Below are positions 45,675 through 54,030 of a stretch of DNA of 64,000 nt, in pieces; the first letter of the stretch is position 1, and each line of letters begins with the position of its first letter. The translations under genes and the position numbers were made by a program. Origin of the DNA: a virus. The notes beneath the pieces were generated by a model. The model made no database searches, had not been told where the DNA came from, and was given only the letters and a program-made list of their open reading frames with translations. The stretch spans positions 1-64,000 of IMG/VR virus record IMGVR_UViG_3300037755_000305; one strand, 5' to 3'.

Positions 45675-47074
45675 TGGCGCGCTCAGTAGAACAAATTCAA
45701 AAGTCGATGCAGACTTCTGTAGAGGGTGCTGATCCCACGATCGAGTCTCGAAGTGGTCCTGTGTATAACATTATGCTTCAGCCTGTCTCTAATGAGATTG
45801 CCAAAATTGAGGCCGAACAGGACCGAATCAACGCTCTGTATTCCCTGCAATTCCAAGAAGTGGCCACTGTGGATGAGACTACTGCTCTGGCTACCAACTT
45901 TGGGCTACAGAGAGCGCCTGGGTCGAAATCTTCAGTAGTAGTGTATTTTTTCCGATTCACGCGCCCCCAACAACCCGCTGTCGTTAGACGCGGCTCCTTA
46001 ATCAGCAATCTTGACGGAACCCTACAGTATATCGTACAGGAGGATGCCGTTATTGACCCCAGCAACGCCGAAGCATTCTTCAATGCAGCTCGCCGAACTT
46101 ATGAGGTGGCTGTGAACGCTGTAGCTGTGTCTCCGGGTGACAACTACAATGTCCCGGCTTTCCGAATTAACACTCTGGTTACTGCCAATTCAGATTACGA
46201 TGGTGTAGAGAGCAGAGCCGCAGCCACAGGCGGTAGCGAGCAGGAAACTCAGACAGCAGAGGTCGCTCGTATTCGTAAGCGTTTTGCCGGTTTGAACACT
46301 GGATCTATTGATGGAATCAGGTTCGTTGCCGCAAACTCGTACCCTGAATACGTAAACGACGTAGCCGTTATCCAGCCCTCAAATGTTCTGTTTTTGCGGT
46401 CCCCGACTACACCAGCTCTAGACATCTACGTTGCGGGAAGAAATTTTGAAACTGTTAGGCAGAGCTACGTAGCGCTTGGCGGAGAGACGCAACTAGAGTT
46501 AGCCAGCCCTCCCGCTGTTGTGGGGTCCCTGGCACTTACTATAAACGGTATCGTGAACACGGACGCCGTTATCGTACTGGACGAAACTGCAAATGCTGGA
46601 ACAGTTAGAGCAGTGGACACTATTCTTCTTAATAGCCCAATGAGTGCCGGAGACGTGGCCACATTCTCGTATTCCTTCAATCGTCTTGTGTATGATGTGC
46701 AGCAAGAATATGAGCCAACAAGCGTGGGAGATTCTCTGTTGTTTGGCACAGACATTCTCGTGCATCAAGCAGAAGTTGCACCGATTACGGTTATAATGTC
46801 CATTAGAGTAGCATCCTCATTCGACGTCCCTAGAACTACAGATCAGGTGCAAAACGTTGTGCAGGCGTATGTGAACCAGAATGTCTTCGGATTTACTCTA
46901 TTCCCCGAGACTCTGAGAGAGCAGATACTAACAACGGTGCAAGGTGTGTCTTCTTTGGATCTTCAAGAGTTTCGTCGCACGGACTTGTCTCTACGAGATG
47001 TCGAGATCATAGAGATGAACGATAACGAGATTTCACAGCTAGACGACGAAAACTTCGAGCTAAACGTTAGGTAA
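45674..47074 (+). CDS. Baseplate J-like protein (gp6/gp47-type wedge)
   Basis: DPTIESRSGPV, LATNFGLQRAPG, AVSPGDNYNVPA and ATGGSEQET. Confidence 0.85.
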   Translation: MARSVEQIQKSMQTSVEGADPTIESRSGPVYNIMLQPVSNEIAKIEAEQDRINALYSLQFQEVATVDETTALATNFGLQRAPGSKSSVVVYFFRFTRPQQPAVVRRGSLISNLDGTLQYIVQEDAVIDPSNAEAFFNAARRTYEVAVNAVAVSPGDNYNVPAFRINTLVTANSDYDGVESRAAATGGSEQETQTAEVARIRKRFAGLNTGSIDGIRFVAANSYPEYVNDVAVIQPSNVLFLRSPTTPALDIYVAGRNFETVRQSYVALGGETQLELASPPAVVGSLALTINGIVNTDAVIVLDETANAGTVRAVDTILLNSPMSAGDVATFSYSFNRLVYDVQQEYEPTSVGDSLLFGTDILVHQAEVAPITVIMSIRVASSFDVPRTTDQVQNVVQAYVNQNVFGFTLFPETLREQILTTVQGVSSLDLQEFRRTDLSLRDVEIIEMNDNEISQLDDENFELNVR

Positions 47075-47076
47075 CT

Positions 47077-50000
47077 ATGACTATCAGAGTTGCACTACAG
47101 CCTCAGGTATACCAGACAAACCTGAACAATATGCTATACGGCAGTTCCGACGAGGTACTTGGCACCTTCAAGGGCATTCCTCGCGGTAAATTCACAAACT
47201 TGTCTGGACCTATTACTCAGTTTACAGCTAACGAGACCGCGTTCAAAATCATAACAGATAGTCCCGGAGAGGTTCACACTATTAGAGCCACTCTAATAAG
47301 CAACGACACCAGAAGCAATGTTCTGAAGATAAGGAATCAAGTAGTAGAAAAGCAATTCGTGCCTGTTAACACCACCACTACCGAGTTCATCAGCTTATTG
47401 AAGGGCGAGAATTTGATAGAGGTGTTCACGTCTAATGACTCCACATTTACCTCCGTTATTTCGTCCCACGTAGGTACTTTCGTAACCACCTACGCCCGAG
47501 AAATTTTCAGCAGCACCCAGAACCCTCTTGATGAGCAAACCCGGGCACTATTCAGCGACTTCTCATCACGGATGACAGAAATCTTGATCCCCTTCCAAGA
47601 CCTGTATGCTGATCCTAAATCTTTGAGAACCTTGATTAGCCGTTTCGTTACACGGGCTTACATGACCAACAGCGGCTCTACCCAAGGTGTGCGTGATTTT
47701 GCAACAGCCCTACTTGGCACTACGCCTATCTTCGTTCCAACGCAAACAGACCAGACCCAGTTTGAGCCAGACGTAGTTCCGCTATACAGAAGCCAGCTAG
47801 AGTTCGGAGGTTACGAGGCTCATTCTTGGATTCCAAATTATGAGATCATCCACTGGCTAACTTTCATTCGTCTAATCAACAACGCTAGACACTTCTACAA
47901 GATCCAAGAAATTGGAGAACACGAGATTCTGGTTCTGGCAAACGAATTTGAAGAAAGACATCTATTTGATTTCGATGATCCGGCAGCCACAGCCTACAGT
48001 GAGTTCACCTTCACTGATTTCCGAATCGTTGTACAGATCCTAGATAGGTTGATAATACGGTTTTGCGCCGCAGCGTATCCGTTTGACCTTTTCATCACGG
48101 AAGACAATCCTTTAGGTCAGAAGAGGCTGGCGTTCGATTCCAACATTCCGTTCGATTCTGGAGATCTTTTGGACTCTCCAGATTTAGATCCTGGTGCAAC
48201 TGGGTGGGTGGGTCTATCTTTGACAGGACGTTTCGAACAGTACGCCAATAACTCTAATCCAATCATATATGCTTTGGACTCCCTATTCATCACTCCTAGT
48301 CCTACATCTGGCTTGGAGGAATGTGTTTACGACGGGTATTTCACTCAAATCGTCAGCACCCTTTCCAGCGAGCTTGAATTAGATATTGACGTGGAGGTGG
48401 AAGCTGAACTTAATGAACCGCTTTCGGCTGTGACTTTGGAAACCAATGACATAGAAATCAATTTGCTGGACTTCAGCTCTATTGCAGATTTCAGCATCAT
48501 AGGAGCTGACCCCGGAAGCATCTCGGAGGATAGTGGTATCGCGTTGTCTGGAACTGCATCTGTAAAGCACACTATTGTACCCACACCAAACAGTGCTCCA
48601 GAGATTGTGTACTCCGGTCCGACTATGAACTGGTCTAATGCTGGCGGTCAAACAGTGTATCTTACAGTGTTCGTAGGACCAGAGGCATTCGGAACTGTGA
48701 ATAACGTAGAGGGCATACCTAATTACCCAGGTAATCTAGCTAGTATCGGCGTTATTGCAGAAGACAGTCTCGGGCGAAAGCGTAGCTGGAAGTTCGACAA
48801 AGAAAATCTGGTGGAAGCGGTAAACGTGCTTCCGGTATTCATAGATTTTCCGGATGGTGGAATTTCTGATCCCGGGTTCGACTCTTCAGACATCGCTGGC
48901 TTCAGTCTCACACCTGTTCCGGCGGAAGGCTCTACAGGTTGGTCCGACCTATATTTTGGGCGTCTGTACAAGATGGAGCCGTCTGGAACCTATCGTCCTT
49001 CTCGGGCAAAAGTGAAACTGGAAGACATCGACAATATTGCTCCCGAAAGCCTGTGGGGCAGCAAGTTGACATTTACGGATCGCTTTGGAGACTCTCAGAT
49101 ACTTTTGGCTGATCCTTCCTACAACGTGGATGGAGACACGGTATACATTCCGGGACGTTACAAGATTCAGCGCACGGCCGGAATCGGCACTGAAGGTTTC
49201 AATCGAGACGTTACTGTAGAAAATCTTCGGAAAGAGGCGGGCAGGTTCCTAAATACGTTGGTAAAGTCAAGCACTTACACAGGTCCGGGAGATGAACGTT
49301 TCGTAAACCTTTTTACACGACAGTTCTCCCCCACGGGTGATGAGCTGTCTCTCGCCTTCACAAACCCGAATCCAGGTCCCGACCTGATCGACATCACAGG
49401 CTTCTCCGGCGGCTCTGTGGGCTTCGCAGAAGGTCTTGTAGGCGACCTGGGAACGTCTGTAGCACAGCAATTCGAACTATCGGAACCGGGCAGCGTGTCT
49501 TTCCTAGAACTCCACCTACATCGCATTGGAGATCCTGTAGGAAGCATTTCTGCCTCGATTCACGAGGACAACGCAGGCAAGCCGGGGAATCTCATAGAGA
49601 GCGCTGAGGGAGTTCTAGCGAGGAAAATTCCTAGCGGTATCCCTAAGTACACAGTATTTCGAATGTTTACCCCTGTAGCTCTTGACGCTTCCACACCTTA
49701 CTGGATTGTGGTGTCTGGGAATGAGACATACTCCAACGGGATTCCCCTGTATCGCTCCGGTTTTGACGAGCAGTTTCCCCCTTTTCAAAGCTATGCTCTC
49801 AACTTTGGAAACCCCACTTGGACATGGATTGGCGCAGAAGCGGGCAACGGCGGTGTAACCCCTAATGAGCGCTCTATAACTGTGGAAGCTCCTCCGGGAC
49901 ACGAACAGGGGGTTATTCTAGCTAACCCATTGAATTTGTTTGATTTTACAAACTACGAACTACTACTGACTCTGAGTAATCAGGTAGCTTCCGGCGGACT

Positions 50001-50400
50001 TTTTCCAACAGCAAGTGGGGCTGTATACATACAATGGTATGATGACGCTCTTACCTTCCTTGGACGGACCGCTGTTTCTCTTACGAATCCTAACAACGAT
50101 TCTTTGGTTATTGATATGGCGGGTCCACTATTTGACCCCCTTCCTGGGGCCACCAAATTTGGATTTCTGTTCTCTGCCTTCACAAATACAGGAGCCTTCA
50201 CACTGGAAGAGATCGAGATTCGCGAGAAAAACACGCTGTCTTTGCCGCCAGGACCAGAAAATCAGATCGTATGGACTAAAGAGACTGGAGGGTATTCGTA
50301 TCCGAGAGCTAAGACAACGGCAGATCTAGTTCCTGTAAATGGAACTAGATGGGTTACAAATGCGGGGGAACACCACTACTTCAAGGTCATAGGTTCTTAG
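47077..50400 (+). CDS. Large baseplate wedge protein (gpI/gp7-like region plus appended beta-sandwich domains)
   Basis: Follows baseplate J; SGSTQGVRDFATALLG recalls gpI-type wedge domains; the C-terminal half has carbohydrate-binding-like modules (VAQQF...LELHL...YWIVV). Confidence 0.65.
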   Translation: MTIRVALQPQVYQTNLNNMLYGSSDEVLGTFKGIPRGKFTNLSGPITQFTANETAFKIITDSPGEVHTIRATLISNDTRSNVLKIRNQVVEKQFVPVNTTTTEFISLLKGENLIEVFTSNDSTFTSVISSHVGTFVTTYAREIFSSTQNPLDEQTRALFSDFSSRMTEILIPFQDLYADPKSLRTLISRFVTRAYMTNSGSTQGVRDFATALLGTTPIFVPTQTDQTQFEPDVVPLYRSQLEFGGYEAHSWIPNYEIIHWLTFIRLINNARHFYKIQEIGEHEILVLANEFEERHLFDFDDPAATAYSEFTFTDFRIVVQILDRLIIRFCAAAYPFDLFITEDNPLGQKRLAFDSNIPFDSGDLLDSPDLDPGATGWVGLSLTGRFEQYANNSNPIIYALDSLFITPSPTSGLEECVYDGYFTQIVSTLSSELELDIDVEVEAELNEPLSAVTLETNDIEINLLDFSSIADFSIIGADPGSISEDSGIALSGTASVKHTIVPTPNSAPEIVYSGPTMNWSNAGGQTVYLTVFVGPEAFGTVNNVEGIPNYPGNLASIGVIAEDSLGRKRSWKFDKENLVEAVNVLPVFIDFPDGGISDPGFDSSDIAGFSLTPVPAEGSTGWSDLYFGRLYKMEPSGTYRPSRAKVKLEDIDNIAPESLWGSKLTFTDRFGDSQILLADPSYNVDGDTVYIPGRYKIQRTAGIGTEGFNRDVTVENLRKEAGRFLNTLVKSSTYTGPGDERFVNLFTRQFSPTGDELSLAFTNPNPGPDLIDITGFSGGSVGFAEGLVGDLGTSVAQQFELSEPGSVSFLELHLHRIGDPVGSISASIHEDNAGKPGNLIESAEGVLARKIPSGIPKYTVFRMFTPVALDASTPYWIVVSGNETYSNGIPLYRSGFDEQFPPFQSYALNFGNPTWTWIGAEAGNGGVTPNERSITVEAPPGHEQGVILANPLNLFDFTNYELLLTLSNQVASGGLFPTASGAVYIQWYDDALTFLGRTAVSLTNPNNDSLVIDMAGPLFDPLPGATKFGFLFSAFTNTGAFTLEEIEIREKNTLSLPPGPENQIVWTKETGGYSYPRAKTTADLVPVNGTRWVTNAGEHHYFKVIGS

Positions 50401-50427
50401 TGCCCGTGACCGTAAATAAATGCTCGG

Positions 50428-50435
50428 TTATCTCT
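50428..50435 (+). promoter_or_regulatory. Recurrent TTATCTCT boundary motif, copy 4
   Basis: GGTTATCTCTAGTAG in the 73-nt gap before the tail-fibre genes. Confidence 0.55.
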
Positions 50436-50473
50436 AGTAGTAGAACCTAGCCGGGCCAGATTAGGAGATAATC

Positions 50474-50752
50474 GTGCGAACATTCGTACTTGACGACGAG
50501 TTTAAAGCAGTTACGGGTCAGCAAACTCGTTTTTACACGCTGGAGGAGGCGGTTGACGCGGCCAGCGTATGGACGCGACAACTAAATCGACCTCTAAAGA
50601 TTTGGGAGTACAGAAACCAGATCAGAGCATTGGCCGGATTGGTGCAACCTGACGGTGCTCTTGTGGTGCCCCAGAAGAACGTTACTCAGGTAGCCGCTGA
50701 CCTCTACAGCAGGGGGCACAAGGATCTAGCGGACGAACTTCTCGAATCGTAA
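50474..50752 (+). CDS. Hypothetical protein (92 aa)
   Basis: GTG start with SD AGGAG. Confidence 0.7.
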   Translation: MRTFVLDDEFKAVTGQQTRFYTLEEAVDAASVWTRQLNRPLKIWEYRNQIRALAGLVQPDGALVVPQKNVTQVAADLYSRGHKDLADELLES

Positions 50753-50774
50753 GTAGTAGTTAGGAGTCTTAGAC

Positions 50775-51200
50775 ATGGCAATTTCCGTTAAGGCTGCGAT
50801 CACGGATCGCGGGCGCGCAGCTTTCGCTAATCTCACGGTCCACGGCACTTCGTTCGCCGTTACATCCTTCAAAGTAGGAAATGGTGGTCATGATCCTGGT
50901 AATCCCATCATTGCCTTGACACCGGACACATCTCTCAGCGATTTGCCTGGAGTAACTTTTGGTCCCGAGCCTGTTGATGAGTCGGAACTGCCTGACCTTT
51001 TCACTCCTACGTTTCTGTGCGTTCTACAGCAAAATGAAGCTGTTGGCGAGGTGTCCAATATCGGACTGTTTGCCACGTATCCTGATGACGTGGATCCAGA
51101 TCTTGCTGGTACTTCGTTCCTGTTCGCTGTCGGAAACTTTCCTTTGCGAGTTAAGGTGGACACCGAAATTGTGGAGTTCATGGTTTCCGTGATATTCTAA
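50775..51200 (+). CDS. Tail-collar/fibre attachment-like protein (DUF3751-like)
   Basis: ITDRGRAAFA...TSFKVGNGG...NIGLF pattern; SD AGGAG. Confidence 0.6.
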   Translation: MAISVKAAITDRGRAAFANLTVHGTSFAVTSFKVGNGGHDPGNPIIALTPDTSLSDLPGVTFGPEPVDESELPDLFTPTFLCVLQQNEAVGEVSNIGLFATYPDDVDPDLAGTSFLFAVGNFPLRVKVDTEIVEFMVSVIF

Positions 51201-51212
51201 GAGGACAGAACT

Positions 51213-54029
51213 TTGTCACTACGACCTCTTCTACAGTTCCAGAATCCGGATAGCACCCGAGATATCAACGATCGCTCTCTTGTATTCAACAAGGGTGTGT
51301 TCGCTGGTGGTGCGGTAACCGCAGGAACCGTTAGCGATGGCCTTGCAGTGTCTTTGGCCCCTTTCTCCGCTGTGGGCAAAGACGGTATGTTCGTCCAAGA
51401 AGATAGTGTTACTACACTGTCTGTAGTAGACGGAATTCGCAATTTCATTGTCCTTCGCTCAATATACAAAGACAACGCCTCGCCGGTTGTACAGGTCGAA
51501 AGTATTTCCGAAGCAGCCTATCTTGGCGACCCAGATAATGAATTCTTGGTCGTATTTGCGGTCGTTGATCTTCCCCTATTATCCACATTCGTAACGCAGT
51601 CTCAAATCTTTTACCAAGAAGCAGACATCGTGGATACCCTTGGCAGACTGTCGCTTAGGGGCACCTTGACCAACTCAGGAAACTTGCCCTCTGGCTCCGG
51701 TAACCGTAATAGGCCCGGAGATTTCTACATCGTTACTAGCGGCTCTGGCGACACTCCAGAAATGTACGCATGGAATGGCGATGACTGGATAAATATTACT
51801 CAAGCACAGGTTCTTTCCAATCTCCTACAAGAACATATTGACAATCTATCCAACGATTCCAAGCACTTGACTAATACGCAGTTCGAGGCGGTTCTAGGGA
51901 CAACAGGAACACCGAACAGCTCTAACCGATTTGTTACGTCTCTAGATCCCAGAATTCCGGCTCAGAACGAGAACGATGGTCTAACCGGAGATCCTACGAT
52001 TCTATCCGGCAGCAGTGCCCTTGACCAGGGACCGGGATATCGCGGTTCAGAGCCCGGACCAAATAATCAGTTCACGTTGAACAGCAAGGTATTTGCAGTC
52101 CCCGCTGAAAAAGCATTCTCGGGTGGGGCTGTCATAGAAATCTCAGAGGCAGATGGACCTGTTTACGTTGGTAAGGGGATTCTTGGAACCGCACAACAGT
52201 GGTTTAATATTTTCTCATCTGCCACCACCGGAGAAGAGTCTGATAAAGAGCTAATCAACTCCCAAGGGCGGCCTGTTCGGGTTACTGGCGTGTTCACCGA
52301 ACCCAGTCTTACCATAGAGCTTAATCCCGGCAGCGATGCTCAAGTTGACCAACTGGGGTTTTGGCGAGACCTTCCTTTCCAGGGTGGTGTCGGAGGGTCC
52401 TTGTACCTACAGGTTAGTGACGGGGATGTTGATGGGCAGGCAGACGAAGATTTTCGAATTGTGTACGGAAAGCGCACTACGATGGAGGATCTTCTTCCAC
52501 AAGCATTTCTTTCTCGCGGACCGCAGTTCGGTCAGGTAGACACCAGACTGAATCAGGTTTTGGCTACAAACACCACTCCAAATTTCCGAAATTCCGAATG
52601 GGACGTAACAACTTCCCCCGGAGACGTTATTGCTTACAATTCTGGTACCGCCAAATTGGTACTCAGCAACATTCCTCTGAACAGGTTTCCTATTGGTATT
52701 CGCGGTAACTATAACAATCTGATTCAGGATGGAATTTATGAATTTGACGTAGCTCCCGGATTCTCGGCAGGAAATGAGGTTTACGCGGATGACTCTACAC
52801 CAGGAGCCCTGACGGTAACTCCTAACGACAGGTTCGTTGGCACTTTTCTTACAGCTACTAAGCTTCTAGTATCTATGAATTCGGTCGGCATTACAAGTTC
52901 TGTAACGCCTCCCGGAACCGCGTTCCCTGGTGGACTAATCAATGCGGCTCCTGGTCAAGCAGTTGCCTGGAAAGCAAGTTCTTCGATGTGGGAACCTTGG
53001 GAGCAGTCTTTCGCCTTAGCACCTCAGGGTATTCTTGGCAACTCGAACAATATCATCGCCAATGGACAATGGATTCCAGGAGGATCTCCATTCCTTAACG
53101 GTGTTCGTTACTATGCTTGGTATGCAGGCGCTCCGGGCGGGGTTTTGACTCCTGGTGACCTAACCACAACACAGAACGATTTCTTTGTGGGGCGAGCCAC
53201 CACGACAGACAATTTGATGGTTGAATGTGTAAATGCGCCTCTTTGGGAGACGGCACGAACAATCGTAGCGGCTGAACACGACGACGAAACTGGTACCCAC
53301 GACCTTGGGTCCGCTAGAGTTTGGTCGGGCGCGGCAGCAGGTCGCTTTGCAGCTTCCAACTCCCAGGCATCTTCCACAGGTATGGTATACCACGCTACAG
53401 ATACAGGGCGCGTGTATTTTTGCACCGATGGGGCAACCAATACTTGGGTTGAACAGTCACGATTTACTGGCCCGCTAACTGTTGATCAGAACCTAACGGT
53501 TAGCCAACAGATACGCATGCCATTGAAGGTCTTGCATGATAATGTCTCGGATTCAATGAACCCGTTTCTGCACAACGCCAGACATTTGCTTGGAGGAGCG
53601 GACTATCTGCGAGGGACCGTTGTTCAGGTGCTAACAGCAGGCGATAACGTAGCGCAGGTCCTTTCACAAACAGCCTCTTTTCCAACGCCTATAACCACTG
53701 TTCTTTCCTTGCCTTTTGACTTCACAGGTAGAACAGGAAACTCCAAGATCGTGATTTTCTCTCCGTGTTTCTTCGATCAGGACGAGGGAACACAATGTGA
53801 CATGTCTGTTGGATTGTTCTTGGATGGTGTTCAGATTACCAGCCCAAATAGTTTGAATGCCGAGTTCGATCTCACAGAATTCGGAGAAGCCACAGTTACA
53901 CTAGTAGGGTACTTGAGCAACGTATCAGCGGGCGCGCATACTCTTGAGGTTAGAGCGGGTGTAGAGCACGCAACTACGCCGCGAGCCAGAGATCGAATGC
54001 TTCTGGTATTGGATTTGGGACTTACGTAA
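51213..54029 (+). CDS. Tail fibre / receptor-binding protein A (938 aa)
   Basis: N-terminus shared with the next gene; two internal repeated modules; HNARHLLGGAD motif; C-terminal beta-sandwich. TTG start after GAGG. Confidence 0.7.
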   Translation: MSLRPLLQFQNPDSTRDINDRSLVFNKGVFAGGAVTAGTVSDGLAVSLAPFSAVGKDGMFVQEDSVTTLSVVDGIRNFIVLRSIYKDNASPVVQVESISEAAYLGDPDNEFLVVFAVVDLPLLSTFVTQSQIFYQEADIVDTLGRLSLRGTLTNSGNLPSGSGNRNRPGDFYIVTSGSGDTPEMYAWNGDDWINITQAQVLSNLLQEHIDNLSNDSKHLTNTQFEAVLGTTGTPNSSNRFVTSLDPRIPAQNENDGLTGDPTILSGSSALDQGPGYRGSEPGPNNQFTLNSKVFAVPAEKAFSGGAVIEISEADGPVYVGKGILGTAQQWFNIFSSATTGEESDKELINSQGRPVRVTGVFTEPSLTIELNPGSDAQVDQLGFWRDLPFQGGVGGSLYLQVSDGDVDGQADEDFRIVYGKRTTMEDLLPQAFLSRGPQFGQVDTRLNQVLATNTTPNFRNSEWDVTTSPGDVIAYNSGTAKLVLSNIPLNRFPIGIRGNYNNLIQDGIYEFDVAPGFSAGNEVYADDSTPGALTVTPNDRFVGTFLTATKLLVSMNSVGITSSVTPPGTAFPGGLINAAPGQAVAWKASSSMWEPWEQSFALAPQGILGNSNNIIANGQWIPGGSPFLNGVRYYAWYAGAPGGVLTPGDLTTTQNDFFVGRATTTDNLMVECVNAPLWETARTIVAAEHDDETGTHDLGSARVWSGAAAGRFAASNSQASSTGMVYHATDTGRVYFCTDGATNTWVEQSRFTGPLTVDQNLTVSQQIRMPLKVLHDNVSDSMNPFLHNARHLLGGADYLRGTVVQVLTAGDNVAQVLSQTASFPTPITTVLSLPFDFTGRTGNSKIVIFSPCFFDQDEGTQCDMSVGLFLDGVQITSPNSLNAEFDLTEFGEATVTLVGYLSNVSAGAHTLEVRAGVEHATTPRARDRMLLVLDLGLT

Positions 54030-54030
54030 T

